Assembly (NCBI GenBank): GCA_030524805.1
Contig: JAUNFY010000002.1
Span: 11,680 to 75,679 of the forward strand
Direction: 5' to 3'
Origin: Bacteroidales bacterium
Lineage (GTDB): Bacteria; Bacteroidota; Bacteroidia; Bacteroidales; Muribaculaceae
Length of the DNA: 64,000 nt
Within the stretch, counting starts at the first letter, position 1, and each line of letters begins with the position of its first letter. A program made the translations under genes and the position numbers. Under the pieces are notes generated by a model. It worked only from the letters and a program-made list of their open reading frames with translations. It was not told the DNA's origin and searched no databases. Of this stretch, positions 18,837-29,009 are shown piece by piece.

Positions 18837-20861
18837 TTATTTGTAGAGTATGGCAGCGGAGCGGGGGAGCACCGTGATGGAGGAGCGGTAACTGCCAAGA
18901 CCATTCTCAATGTCGATCTTGCCGTCGCGCACGACTGCTTTCCATTCACCCTTGGGCAACTTGACAACGCGCGGTTCATCGCCACCGTTGAAGATCACCT
19001 TTATGTCTTTCCAGTCATCGCCGTTGGCATTGTCGCGCAGCGTGTAGGAAATCAGGTTGGGAGTCTTCGACGAATCAATCTTGTCAAACACCAGATGGCG
19101 TGCGATATCATCGGCCGAAGTCATCCTGAAAGCCGGGTGTGCCTTGCGGAGAGCCACCAGACCTTTGTAATATTCGAAAAGGTCATGGTTCTTTGCCTTC
19201 AGACTCCAGTCTATAGCATTGATCGAATCCGGACTCTTGTAGGAATTGTGCACTCCTTTCTTGTCGCGGAATATCTCCTCACCGGCAAACATGAAAGGTG
19301 TGCCCTGCGAAGTGAACACTATGGTCTGGGCAAGTTTTGCAGCAGCCTGAAGTTCCTCTTCCGTCGCTCCAGGCATCGACTTGCGCAGCTTGTCGGTCAG
19401 CGTCAGGTCGTCGTGGCAGCTCACATAGTTCACTATCATCTCAGGTGACTTGGCGTATGCGAATTTCGAGTTGTTGCCCTTAGAATAGTCCACCTGAGGA
19501 TGTGCTGTTGCGGCCACGATACCTATCTTCACAGTCTCCTCGTTGCCGGGTTTTCCGGTGGCGAATCCGCGGTCTTCGGCATTGGAGTAATGACCTTTCA
19601 CGGCATCGCGCAGGTCGTCGGAGAAGACGGCTATGTCGGTCATCTTGCTCACATTCTCCTTGAGCGCACGTCGCTCAGCGGGCAGAGGTGAGTCGCCGGC
19701 TGTCCAGCCCTCGCCATACACGAAGATGGACGGATTGATTTTCTTCAGTTCCGCAGCCACTTCGTTCATTGTCTCCGTGTCGTGGATAGCCATGAGATCG
19801 AAACGGAAGCCATCGATGTGATACTCATCGGCCCAGTATTTCACCGAGTTGATGATGTAGTCGCGCATCTGCTGGCGTTCAGAGGCCGTTTCGTTGCCGC
19901 ATCCCGACGCATCCGAATACGTCCCGTCGGCACGGTGCCTGTGGTAGTAGCCCGGAGCGGTCAGCTCGAAGTTGCTGCCGTCGTTCTCAGCCGTATGGTT
20001 GTAGACCACATCCATCACCACACCGATTCCGGCATCGTGGAGAGCCTTCACCATCTGCTTCATTTCCCTGATTCTGGTCTCAGGGTCAGAAGGATTGGTG
20101 CTGTAGCTTCCTTCCGGCGCATTGTAGTTCTGCGGGTCATATCCCCAGTTGTAGGTGTTTTGCTGAAGGTTGGTCTCGTCTACTGAGTTGTAGTCGTAGC
20201 TCGGGAGAATGTGCACGTGGGTGATGCCCAGTTCCTTGAGGTGGTCGATACCTGTCTTCAGGCCTTCGGGCGATAGCGTTTCCCGTTCGGTGAGTGCGAG
20301 GAATTTACCTTTGTTGGCAATGCCGGAGGTCGGCGACATCGACATGTCGCGGTGGTGCATCTCATAAAGGATCACATCTGAGAAATGATCTACTTTCGGG
20401 CCCTTGTCGTTGGCCCAACCTTCCGGATCGGTATTGTCGAGGTTTACTATGGCCGCCCGCTTGCCGTTGGCGCCTACAGCCTTCGCCCAAACGCCGGGAG
20501 TCTCGTCGAGCCACTTGCCCCCTTGCTTTACCCTGAAGGTATAGAACTTGCCGTAGAGTTGCCCGGGCAGGGTAGCGGTCCAGGTGCCGTTGGCAGCATT
20601 GAACTTCATCGCCACCGACTCGTATGGCTTTCCGTTAAGGCCATGGTTGTAGAGATTCAGGGTCACTTCCTCGGCTTTCGGACTCCAGAGGCGGAAATGA
20701 GTGCCGGCTTTGTCTACGGTCAGTTCGAGGTCTTCGCCGTTGTAGGTGGGATAATTGTCAAACTGCCGGTCGAAGTTGTTTTCTTCGGCAGCTATGGCGC
20801 AATTACCGGCAACGGCAGTCAGCAGCATTGCGCTGGTGAGAATACTCATGGTTTTATTCAT
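18837..20861 (-). CDS. pulA: Type I pullulanase (GH13)
   Basis: Signal peptide. N-terminal CBM48-like THFRLWSPKAEEV. GH13 regions YNWGYDP, GFRFDLM, YGEGW, YVSCHD. Confidence 0.85.
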   Translation of the reverse strand: MNKTMSILTSAMLLTAVAGNCAIAAEENNFDRQFDNYPTYNGEDLELTVDKAGTHFRLWSPKAEEVTLNLYNHGLNGKPYESVAMKFNAANGTWTATLPGQLYGKFYTFRVKQGGKWLDETPGVWAKAVGANGKRAAIVNLDNTDPEGWANDKGPKVDHFSDVILYEMHHRDMSMSPTSGIANKGKFLALTERETLSPEGLKTGIDHLKELGITHVHILPSYDYNSVDETNLQQNTYNWGYDPQNYNAPEGSYSTNPSDPETRIREMKQMVKALHDAGIGVVMDVVYNHTAENDGSNFELTAPGYYHRHRADGTYSDASGCGNETASERQQMRDYIINSVKYWADEYHIDGFRFDLMAIHDTETMNEVAAELKKINPSIFVYGEGWTAGDSPLPAERRALKENVSKMTDIAVFSDDLRDAVKGHYSNAEDRGFATGKPGNEETVKIGIVAATAHPQVDYSKGNNSKFAYAKSPEMIVNYVSCHDDLTLTDKLRKSMPGATEEELQAAAKLAQTIVFTSQGTPFMFAGEEIFRDKKGVHNSYKSPDSINAIDWSLKAKNHDLFEYYKGLVALRKAHPAFRMTSADDIARHLVFDKIDSSKTPNLISYTLRDNANGDDWKDIKVIFNGGDEPRVVKLPKGEWKAVVRDGKIDIENGLGSYRSSITVLPRSAAILYK

Positions 20862-21023
20862 CTCGAGATAAAATTAAGGCATAAATGTAAAAACGGAAAC
20901 CGTTTATTATGATAACGTAAAAATGGGCAATCTGTTATATTGCGCTTCATGGGCGTGCCGAGTGCATACTTTTGTAATCGGTCTGCGAGCTGCAATCGGA
21001 CATGGATAAGTTTGCGGCGACGT

Positions 21024-22007
21024 TCAGAAAGGCTTGCGGTATTTGTCGGCGCTTCCCGCCTTCACCTCATCGAGGATGCTCAGATAGGAAGCATAGCGCG
21101 ACTGAGCAATACGATGGTCGGCTACGGCCTCGAGCACCGCGCAGCCGGGCTCGTTGACGTGGCGGCAATCGCTGTATTTGCATTTGTGCGATTCGCGGAA
21201 TATCTCCGGGAAGAAATGCGACGTGTCTTCCACCGTGAAGTCGATCGTGCCGAAACTCCTCACTCCCGGTATGTCGATGATCTCTCCGCCGTAGGGCAGC
21301 TGCAGCATCTCAGAGAAGGTGGTGGTATGGGTACCCGTGTGGTAGAGGTCTGAAATCTCGCCGGTGCGCAGGTTGGCGCCGGGGATGAGAGCGTTGATGA
21401 GCGTTGACTTCCCTACTCCTGAATTGCCGGCCAAAAGGCTGATGTTATCTTTGGTGGCGTCGCGGAGTGCGTCAAGCCCCAAGCCGGTGACGGCGGAGAC
21501 CGTCAGCACCGGGCAGCCGATGCTTTGGTAGAGATAGCTGAAAGCATCCACCAGTTCCTTGTCGTCAGGCTCAAGGCGGTCAGCCTTGTTGAGGATGATG
21601 GAGGTGGGAATGCGGTATGCCTCGGCTGTTGCGAGGAACCGGTCGATGAAAGTGAGCGGCACCTCCGGCTCGCGCAGCGTGACCACAAGGAAAGCCTTGT
21701 CGATGTTGGCGGCAAGTATATGCGATTCTTTCGAGAGGTTTGAAGCGCGGCGTATGATGTAGTTGCGGCGTGGCTCGATATTGGTGATATACCAGATGTG
21801 GTCGGTGGCCTGAACGGCAGTGACCATATCGCCTACAGCCACCGGATTAGTGGTCCGTATTCCCTTGATGCGGAAATTGCCCTTCACCATGCAGGTGATT
21901 ACCTGTCCGTCGGCGCGGCGCACTTCGTAGGCTCCGCCCGTGGTGCGGATCACGCGTCCGCCGCAAGCGTGGCCGGTGAGTGATATTTTGTTTTGTTTCT
22001 TTCCCAT
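21024..22007 (-). CDS. rsgA: Ribosome small-subunit-dependent GTPase A
   Basis: GNSGVGKSTLINAL P-loop. C-terminal zinc motif CKYSDCRHVNEPGCAV. Confidence 0.9.
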   Translation of the reverse strand: MGKKQNKISLTGHACGGRVIRTTGGAYEVRRADGQVITCMVKGNFRIKGIRTTNPVAVGDMVTAVQATDHIWYITNIEPRRNYIIRRASNLSKESHILAANIDKAFLVVTLREPEVPLTFIDRFLATAEAYRIPTSIILNKADRLEPDDKELVDAFSYLYQSIGCPVLTVSAVTGLGLDALRDATKDNISLLAGNSGVGKSTLINALIPGANLRTGEISDLYHTGTHTTTFSEMLQLPYGGEIIDIPGVRSFGTIDFTVEDTSHFFPEIFRESHKCKYSDCRHVNEPGCAVLEAVADHRIAQSRYASYLSILDEVKAGSADKYRKPF

Positions 22008-22089
22008 ACTTGTATAACAACCGTAGTAAAGAAATAGCGGCGCCCGCGGCCGGAGTGGCTGCGGGCGTCGTTGTCTGGTAGGGATCTGA

Positions 22090-22452
22090 TCACTTGTCTT
22101 TCTTTACGAAGCGCTCTTTGATGCGGGCCTTCTTGCCGGTGAGGTTGCGCAGGTAGTAAAGTTTTGCGCGACGCACTTTACCGTGCTTGTTGACAGTGAT
22201 GGATTCGATAAACGGCGATTCGATGGGGAAGATACGTTCAACGCCGATGCCGTCGGAAATCTTGCGGACGGTGAAGCGTTTTTTGTCCTGGTGTCCGGAG
22301 ATGCGGATTACAACGCCGCGATACTGCTGGATACGTTCCTTGTTACCTTCCTTGATACGGTAAGCGACTGTGATAGTGTCGCCGGGGCCGAACTGTTCGA
22401 ATTCTTTTTTGGGAGTAGCGAAAGCTTCCTCCACGACTTTGATTAAATCCAT
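22090..22452 (-). CDS. rplS: 50S ribosomal protein L19
   Basis: [33 protein letters not shown]...[20 protein letters not shown]. Confidence 0.95.
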   Translation of the reverse strand: MDLIKVVEEAFATPKKEFEQFGPGDTITVAYRIKEGNKERIQQYRGVVIRISGHQDKKRFTVRKISDGIGVERIFPIESPFIESITVNKHGKVRRAKLYYLRNLTGKKARIKERFVKKDK

Positions 22453-22550
22453 TTTTCTAAAAGGTGTTTAAATTATGTTTGCAACATAGCAAGTTTCCTT
22501 TTCATGGCCCACACCCGGGCCATTCTTGCCAGCGATTGCAAATCCGGGTG

Positions 22551-22558
22551 CAAAATTA
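22551..22558 (-). promoter_or_regulatory. -7 promoter element for rplS (minus strand)
   Basis: Plus-strand caaaatta is TAATTTTG on the minus strand. It would give a leader of about 90 nt that contains GC-rich hairpins (cacccgg/ccgggtg). Confidence 0.45.
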
Positions 22559-22589
22559 CAAAAAATTTCGTTAAGCGCCAAATTTTTAT

Positions 22590-22597
22590 TAAATTTG
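22590..22597 (+). promoter_or_regulatory. -7 promoter element for folP
   Basis: TAAATTTG, about 30 nt before the folP ATG. Confidence 0.4.
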
Positions 22598-22626
22598 CGT
22601 GTCGTTTTTGCTTTTGAACATTTATA

Positions 22627-23460
22627 ATGGAGAAAACTATAAATATCAGGGGACGGTTGCTTGAGATTGATCGCCCTCTCGTGATGGGAATTCTGAATGT
22701 CACCGACGATTCCTTCTATGGCGGTTGCCGGGTGATGGAGGAGGAGGCCGTGGCGGCGCGTGTGCGTCAGATCCGCGACGAGCATGCCGATATCCTCGAC
22801 ATCGGAGCATGCAGCACGCGCCCGGGGTCGGAATCGGTAGACGAAGCAACGGAATGGGAGAGGCTGCGTCGCGCTCTCGTGATTGTGGGCCGTGAATGGC
22901 CGGAGGCCGTTGTCTCGGTCGATACATTCAGGGCCGGAGTGGCGCGGAAATGTGTCGAGGCCGGTGCCGACATTATCAACGATGTCACCGGAGGCAGCGA
23001 CCCTGACATGTTCGATACAGTGGCAAGTCTTCATGTGCCTTACATCCTTATGCACATGCGCGGCGTGCCCGCCACGATGCAGTCGCTCACGGATTATGCC
23101 GATGTGACGGCCGACGTGATAACGGAACTCGCCTTCAAGGTGCGTCAGCTTCGTGAGCGCGGAGTGTGCGACATCATCATCGACCCCGGTTTCGGATTTG
23201 CAAAGACGGTGGAGCAGAACTATGAGATGATGAGCCGTCTTGATGAATTCGTGAAGATGGATCTGCCGGTGCTGGTGGGAATATCGCGCAAGACCATGAT
23301 ATGGAAACCTCTCTCCATCACGCCCGATGATGCCCTTCCGGGCACGGTGGCACTCAACACGTTTGCCATGCTGCATGGCGCCGACATTGTCAGGGTGCAT
23401 GATGTGGCCGCCGCCGTGCAGGCGAGGGATGTAGTGGGAATGTTGGATATAAAGAAATGA
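22627..23460 (+). CDS. folP: Dihydropteroate synthase
   Basis: VMGILNVTDDSFYGG..., ADILDIGACSTRPG, INDVTGG, DPGFGFAKT. Confidence 0.92.
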   Translation: MEKTINIRGRLLEIDRPLVMGILNVTDDSFYGGCRVMEEEAVAARVRQIRDEHADILDIGACSTRPGSESVDEATEWERLRRALVIVGREWPEAVVSVDTFRAGVARKCVEAGADIINDVTGGSDPDMFDTVASLHVPYILMHMRGVPATMQSLTDYADVTADVITELAFKVRQLRERGVCDIIIDPGFGFAKTVEQNYEMMSRLDEFVKMDLPVLVGISRKTMIWKPLSITPDDALPGTVALNTFAMLHGADIVRVHDVAAAVQARDVVGMLDIKK

Positions 23461-23519
23461 ACGGCCGCCGGTCGACCGACTTTGAAGTTGCTCCTGACAA
23501 CTTCTTTAATTGAATAGTT

Positions 23520-24293
23520 ATGATTGATTTTGGAATTAAGGATATCGTCGATATAATTATAGTGGGGGGATTGCTCTACTACCTTTACCGCGTGATGAAA
23601 AGCTCCGGCACGCTCAGCCTTTTCTATGGAGTGCTTCTCTTCATCATGATCTGGGTGGTGGCGGCCGAGATATTCGATATGCGCCTCACCGGCACCATTC
23701 TCGACAAGTTCATGAGCATCGGCCTCATAGTGCTCGTGATTCTTTTCCAGGATCAGCTGAAGCGTTTCCTCATCGACATAGGAAGCCGCGGCCACCTGAA
23801 GCATCTCAAGCGTCTCTTCAGTCATGGGCGCCAGGATGAGGACCATACGGCTTATCATGCGCTTGTGATGTCGGTGGTGTATGCGTGCATGTCGATGTCG
23901 AAGTCCAAGACGGGCGCCCTCATCTGCTTTCAACGCAAGATGCCGCTCGACGACTATGAGAAGACCGGCGACATAATAGATGCGGAGATCAACACGCGGC
24001 TCATTGAGAATATCTTTTTCAAGAACTCTCCGCTCCACGACGGAGCCATGATAATAGCTCGCCGGCGCATCCAGTCGGTGGGTTGCATCCTTCCGGTGAG
24101 CCACGACATGAACTTGCCGAAGCATCTCGGTCTGCGCCATCGCGCGGCGTTGGGCATGAGCCAGGCTTCCGATGCGCTTTGCGTGGTGGTGAGCGAGGAG
24201 ACGGGAAACATTTCAGTGGCCAAAGATGGAGTGCTTGCGAGCAAGATCACGAGCACCGATCTCGAAAAGTATCTATCCTCTAGTTTTGATTGA
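23520..24293 (+). CDS. cdaA: Diadenylate cyclase (c-di-AMP synthase) CdaA/DacA
   Basis: Three N-terminal TM helices plus a DAC domain (DGAMII..., RHRAALGMSQASDALCVVVSEETGNISV). Confidence 0.9.
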   Translation: MIDFGIKDIVDIIIVGGLLYYLYRVMKSSGTLSLFYGVLLFIMIWVVAAEIFDMRLTGTILDKFMSIGLIVLVILFQDQLKRFLIDIGSRGHLKHLKRLFSHGRQDEDHTAYHALVMSVVYACMSMSKSKTGALICFQRKMPLDDYEKTGDIIDAEINTRLIENIFFKNSPLHDGAMIIARRRIQSVGCILPVSHDMNLPKHLGLRHRAALGMSQASDALCVVVSEETGNISVAKDGVLASKITSTDLEKYLSSSFD

Positions 24294-24294
24294 G

Positions 24295-24882
24295 CTATTT
24301 TTGATTGAGCCACGCCTCGGCGGCTTCGGCCAGCTGACCGTACCATTCGGCGCCGAAGCGGCGTGTGAGGGGCTCGCGCAGGAATTCGTAGACGCGGGTT
24401 CCTTTTTTTCTGCCCAGTATTTCGGCGCATCGGCACAGTTTCCAGCGGTGATAGTTCACAGCCGTGCAGCCACCTATTTCCTTCAGGCGGACGGGGTAGA
24501 GACTGCAGCTGATGGGCTTGAAATATTCGGTGTGTCCTTCGCGGCGCAATCGTTCGAGAAGGCAGAGGCATTTTCCGCCCGGGGCGTAGCAGGTGAAGAT
24601 GCAGTCGCGGCCGTTGACGATGCTCGTCACGAGGTCGCCTTCCTCATCAATGTAAGACGCACCTTGCGATTTGGCCACTTCCTGCGCAGCCGGGGTCATG
24701 AGCGGTATCAGAGAAGGCAGTTGCTCGTTGAGAAGGTCGCTTTCAGCGCGGGAGAGCGGGGCTCCGGCGTCGCCTTCCACACAGCATTCGCCCAGGCAGG
24801 AGTCGAGGTCGCATTCAAAATAAGATTCAATCACATCGAGAGAAACGAGAGTGTCTTTTATCTGTAGCATGTCATTATTCAT
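24295..24882 (-). CDS. Cys-rich DUF3109-like protein
   Basis: About 195 aa with an N-terminal ...CDLDSCLGECCVEGDAGAPL cysteine cluster typical of DUF3109. Confidence 0.6.
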   Translation of the reverse strand: MNNDMLQIKDTLVSLDVIESYFECDLDSCLGECCVEGDAGAPLSRAESDLLNEQLPSLIPLMTPAAQEVAKSQGASYIDEEGDLVTSIVNGRDCIFTCYAPGGKCLCLLERLRREGHTEYFKPISCSLYPVRLKEIGGCTAVNYHRWKLCRCAEILGRKKGTRVYEFLREPLTRRFGAEWYGQLAEAAEAWLNQK

Positions 24883-26114
24883 TATGGGTAGAGGGTGGTG
24901 TCGGTGATGAGGCGGGAATAGCGTGAGCCGGGCGGGTCATACCATATCTGGATGCGGTATTCATTGCGGGTCTCATATTTGTTTCCTTCTATCAGCGACG
25001 GGTCGGGCTGTCGGTCGCCATCGCGCGGTATGGCCACGTAGCGGTAATTGTAACTGCCCTGCTTGACCGGGAGTTCGAGGCGATATACTCCGGCGTTGTA
25101 ATCGTAGCGCATGCGTGTGGATTCATCGTATCTGTATCCGGTGAACTCACCTGCCACGTAGACGTCGGCACCAGTGATGTCGGGGGTGTCGAGAGTGAAA
25201 TGAGCGGTCACGTAGTCTGCGCCGAGGTCGGAGTCGGTGGCGTTGTATTGCCTCACTATGAAGCGTCCCTGCTGCGTCTGGTCGTAGCTGTATTCGGCAT
25301 CGGCGCGTTGGGTGTCGGGCGTGAGCCATACGTGATAGACGGGCCCGATGTATCTCACCGAGTCCACGTGCATGTCGGGATAGTCGGTGCGTATGCTTTC
25401 GAAGCGGCGGAATTCATTGCCGGCCTTGAATATGAGTTGCGGCTGATGCGCATAGATGAGAGAGGAGCCGTCGAGGCGCGACGGCGTGTCGATTTCCCTG
25501 AGAGTGGCAGGGTCGTTGTTTTGCAGGAGCAGAAGCCTGACGTCGGAAAAAGGGGATTCGAATCTGACATCGGATGGAATCACCTCTATCTCGAGCTGTT
25601 GCCATTCGGAGTTGTGGCCGCGGTCGGTCTGCGAGGAGACGGATGCGCGCACCTGAGCCGACTGCTCGGCAACCGAGAAACGGGCCTCGCCGAGCACCTC
25701 GTCGGGGTCGTCGCGATGGAATATCTCCACTATATAGTTGCCTGAGACTTTGGGCGACAAGCGTTCGTCGGGGATGAAGAGCTGATAGTTGACATATCCG
25801 GTGAAAGTGCCGGAGCTGAGGGCCCAGTCGTCGATGTCGGCGAAGTTGAAACCGTCGAGGTATTCCGATTCAAGCAGCCGGCTCGGTTTCCAGTCGGGCC
25901 CGCAGTGAACAAGCCGGCAGCGGAGTTCGGAGAAGTCGTCGCTCCACTCGTCGAAGTTGATTGATATGCGGTCGTCGCTTCCGAGGCGGATTACGGGCGC
26001 CGACATGAAGTCGCCTTCCTTCATCACCTTCATCGAATGGAAGCGCTGCGCATCGGCCGCTATCGAGGCCAATGCGCAGAGCAGAGTGATAAGTATCTTG
26101 AAGAGGATGTGCAT
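24882..26114 (-). CDS. DUF5103 / type IX secretion plug-like protein
   Basis: Signal peptide and an N-terminal pattern (RLGSDDRISINFDEWSDDFSELRCRLVHCGPDWKPS) recalled from the DUF5103 family. The stop overlaps the DUF3109 start (TAATG). Confidence 0.55.
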   Translation of the reverse strand: MHILFKILITLLCALASIAADAQRFHSMKVMKEGDFMSAPVIRLGSDDRISINFDEWSDDFSELRCRLVHCGPDWKPSRLLESEYLDGFNFADIDDWALSSGTFTGYVNYQLFIPDERLSPKVSGNYIVEIFHRDDPDEVLGEARFSVAEQSAQVRASVSSQTDRGHNSEWQQLEIEVIPSDVRFESPFSDVRLLLLQNNDPATLREIDTPSRLDGSSLIYAHQPQLIFKAGNEFRRFESIRTDYPDMHVDSVRYIGPVYHVWLTPDTQRADAEYSYDQTQQGRFIVRQYNATDSDLGADYVTAHFTLDTPDITGADVYVAGEFTGYRYDESTRMRYDYNAGVYRLELPVKQGSYNYRYVAIPRDGDRQPDPSLIEGNKYETRNEYRIQIWYDPPGSRYSRLITDTTLYP

Positions 26115-26123
26115 CGTGATGTT

Positions 26124-28676
26124 TTATAGGGTAACTTCAAGTGAGGCGGGAGCGACAGACGAGCCTCCGAAGGATATCTCATATATTCCGGGAGTGAACT
26201 GCACTTCGCCGCTTTCGGCATTGAAGAAAGAGAAGGCGTCGGGGCCGAGTTGGAATTCAACGTTGCGTCGTTCGCCCTTGGCGAGGTTGATGCGTCGGAA
26301 AGCCTTGAGGGTCTTGTTGATGCCGTGGTCGGCCTTGTTGCGCAGATACACCTGCACCACTTCATCACCGTCGCGGTCGCCGGAGTTGGCTACATCAAAT
26401 GTGAGTGCCACCGACCTGCCGTCGGCATTGACCTTAGCCTTAGCGCCGGAGTAGTCAAACTTGGTGTAGCTGAGTCCGTGGCCGAAAGGATAGAGCGGCT
26501 GCTCAGTCATGAACCGGTAGGTGCGGCCTTCCATGCCATAGTCCTGGAAGTCGGGAAGCTGAGCGTCGGAGGCATAGAATGTCACCGGCAGGCGTCCGGC
26601 GGGATTGTTGACGCCATAGATGGTTTCGGCCACCGCCTGGCCACCGGCCTCGCCGGGATACCAGGCCTGAAGGATGGCGTCGCATATGGAATCTTCCGGT
26701 GCGAGAGCGACAGCGCTTCCCGAGCAGTTGATGTAGACTACTTTCTTTCCCTTGCGTTTGAGGTCGGCAAGCAGCTGACGCTGAATCTTGGGCAGCTCTA
26801 TGGAGGTGCGGTCGCCACCGCGGAATCCTTCCACGGTCACGGGCATTTCCTCGCCTTCGAAAAGCGGGGTTATGCCGCCGGCGAAGATCACTATGTCGGC
26901 GTCGGTGTCGGTGTCGTAGCCGGCGGTCTTGCCGATGTCGAACTTGAGTGCCGCGAGAGTGCCTTTTTTATTATGGGAGTAGTCGATGCTGATTTTGTAG
27001 GTGCGTCCTTTCTCGCCGTCGAAGATGTAGGAATAATCCTTAGTTGGGTTTTCGCCGTATGATTTGAGCACACGCACGCCATCGATGTTTAGGGCACGGA
27101 AACCGCGGTCGGCTTCCATGGCGATCACGTAGCGGCCGGTTTCGTCGGGAGTGAATTCAGTCTCGAATTTTGCGCAGAAGGCATCGAGGTCGACGTTGGG
27201 AGCGAACACGGTGGCACCGCCGTTGCTTTTGTTGATGGGAGAGGTGAGTATCTCGGTTGCCACGGGTGTTCCGGTCCAGTCGTAGTTGTTCCAGTAGGTG
27301 GCCGAAACTCCCTGGCGGTTGCCGGTGCGTAATTGGCCGAAGAGCGATGTGAAATTCTTGTTTTCCACGAAGTCGCATCCCTTGAGATAAGTAGCATCGG
27401 GGGCGAAAGAGCGAATGCCTTCGAGAATGCTTATGGTGTGGAGCGGGAAGCCATTGTAGTTGCCCCATTGCATCACAGTGTCGGTAGCGTTCGGGCCCAT
27501 GACAGCGACTTTGGTGTCGGCCGGGAGGGGCAGGATACCGTTGTTTTTGAGCAGGGTCATTGATTTTCTGGCGGCGTCGAGCGCGAGCGCCTTATGAGCG
27601 GGGCTGCAGATGTCGGCCTGGCCGAGCGAGTTGTAGGCGCATTCCTTGTCGAAGAAAATCTCGCCGAGGCGGAAGCGTGCTGTGAGAAGGCGCATGAGGC
27701 TTCGGTCGATGTCGGCTTCAGTTAGCAGCCCTTTCTCGAAAGCTTCCCCGAGATTCCTGTAGGACGACCCGCATTCGAGGTCGGTGCCCGACACCACGGC
27801 ATCGGCGCTTGCCTCAGTGGCCGAAGGATGTGTCTCGTGGGCCCCAGGATTGTAGAAATCGCGTATAGCCCAGCAGTCGGATACTACAATTTTGTCGTAT
27901 CCCCATTTGTTGCGGAGTATATCGTGAAGAAGGCGTTTGTTGCTGCAGCATGGTTCCCCTTCCACACGGTTGTAGGCGCACATCACCTGCCCGACGTTGG
28001 CATCGACGAGAGTGTGGAAGGCGGGAAGATAAGTTTCCCAAAGGTCGCGGGGGTCGATGTCGCGTGCGTCAAAGGAATGGCGGTTCCATTCCGGGCCGCT
28101 GTGGACAGCGTAGTGTTTAGCGCAAGCGAGGGTCTTAATGTAAGGGTCGCCCGGTTTGCCCTGAAGCCCTTCGACCACAGCGCGTCCGAGCACCGAAGTC
28201 AGGTATGGGTCTTCGCCGTAGGTCTCCTGGCCCCGACCCCATCGCGGGTCGCGGAATATGTTGACGTTTGGGGTCCAGAATGTTAGGCCCTGATATCGCA
28301 GATGGTCGTTTTCGCCGATGATGTTGAATTTGGCGCGTGCTTCATCGCTGATGGCGTCAAAGACGTTGTAGACCAACGCGTCGTCGAAAGTGGCGGCCAG
28401 ACCAATGGCTTGCGGAAATACAGTGGCATAACCATGCCGGCCAACGCCGTGCAGGGCTTCGTTCCACCAATTATAGCGTTTTATTCCGAGGCGTTCGATG
28501 GCGGGGGAGTCGTCCATCATCATCGATATTTTCTCATCGATGGAGAGTTCTTTAAGCAGAGAGGCCGCCCGTTGTTCGGGAGGTAGAGTGGCGTTTTTGT
28601 AATCCTGCGCAAGCAGAGCCGGAGCGCAGATGGAGCCGGCAGCGGCAATAGCAATGGTAATGAGGAAATGTTTCAT
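26124..28676 (-). CDS. GH3 beta-glycosidase (beta-glucosidase/xylosidase type) with PA14-like insert
   Basis: Signal peptide. GH3 N-terminal domain (KRYNWWNEALHGV, VVSDCWAI nucleophile region). Inserted beta-sandwich around ATYWNNYDWTGTPV. C-terminal FnIII-like domain. Confidence 0.85.
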   Translation of the reverse strand: MKHFLITIAIAAAGSICAPALLAQDYKNATLPPEQRAASLLKELSIDEKISMMMDDSPAIERLGIKRYNWWNEALHGVGRHGYATVFPQAIGLAATFDDALVYNVFDAISDEARAKFNIIGENDHLRYQGLTFWTPNVNIFRDPRWGRGQETYGEDPYLTSVLGRAVVEGLQGKPGDPYIKTLACAKHYAVHSGPEWNRHSFDARDIDPRDLWETYLPAFHTLVDANVGQVMCAYNRVEGEPCCSNKRLLHDILRNKWGYDKIVVSDCWAIRDFYNPGAHETHPSATEASADAVVSGTDLECGSSYRNLGEAFEKGLLTEADIDRSLMRLLTARFRLGEIFFDKECAYNSLGQADICSPAHKALALDAARKSMTLLKNNGILPLPADTKVAVMGPNATDTVMQWGNYNGFPLHTISILEGIRSFAPDATYLKGCDFVENKNFTSLFGQLRTGNRQGVSATYWNNYDWTGTPVATEILTSPINKSNGGATVFAPNVDLDAFCAKFETEFTPDETGRYVIAMEADRGFRALNIDGVRVLKSYGENPTKDYSYIFDGEKGRTYKISIDYSHNKKGTLAALKFDIGKTAGYDTDTDADIVIFAGGITPLFEGEEMPVTVEGFRGGDRTSIELPKIQRQLLADLKRKGKKVVYINCSGSAVALAPEDSICDAILQAWYPGEAGGQAVAETIYGVNNPAGRLPVTFYASDAQLPDFQDYGMEGRTYRFMTEQPLYPFGHGLSYTKFDYSGAKAKVNADGRSVALTFDVANSGDRDGDEVVQVYLRNKADHGINKTLKAFRRINLAKGERRNVEFQLGPDAFSFFNAESGEVQFTPGIYEISFGGSSVAPASLEVTL

Positions 28677-28910
28677 GAAACAACTATCAGAGGGTTATTT
28701 AAAGCAAATGGCACGGAAATCTCCGCGCAGATGCAAAGTTAATGAAAAAAATTGGAAACCACAAACGCGCCGGGCTGAAGATATTTTTCGGGCTTGCGCC
28801 CTCATACAGCTTTCCCTGACTTTTCTGCCCCGTATGATTTTTGCATGAAAGAGGGGTGGCCTTCGATAGAATATAAGGGAAATGATGTTTTTCCTATAGA
28901 GGAAACATTA

Positions 28911-28956
28911 TTGGCAAGATAGCATATAGAATATTTTGTTGATATTGCTAACTTTG
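28911..28956 (+). promoter_or_regulatory. Conserved box 1 plus -7 element (upstream of the SGNH esterase gene)
   Basis: ttGGCAAGATAGCATATA at 28911-28928. TAACTTTG at 28949-28956, 36 nt from the GGC. Confidence 0.55.
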
Positions 28957-29009
28957 CCGATAGTAATCGACAATCCAATAACAAAACATGAATAACTGAT
29001 AACAGAAAC

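Noticed and set aside
20891-20905. Small hairpin aaacgg-aaa-ccgttt between rsgA and the pullulanase gene, considered as a possible minus-strand terminator
   Set aside because: The stem is only 6 bp with a 3-nt loop, which is too weak to call.
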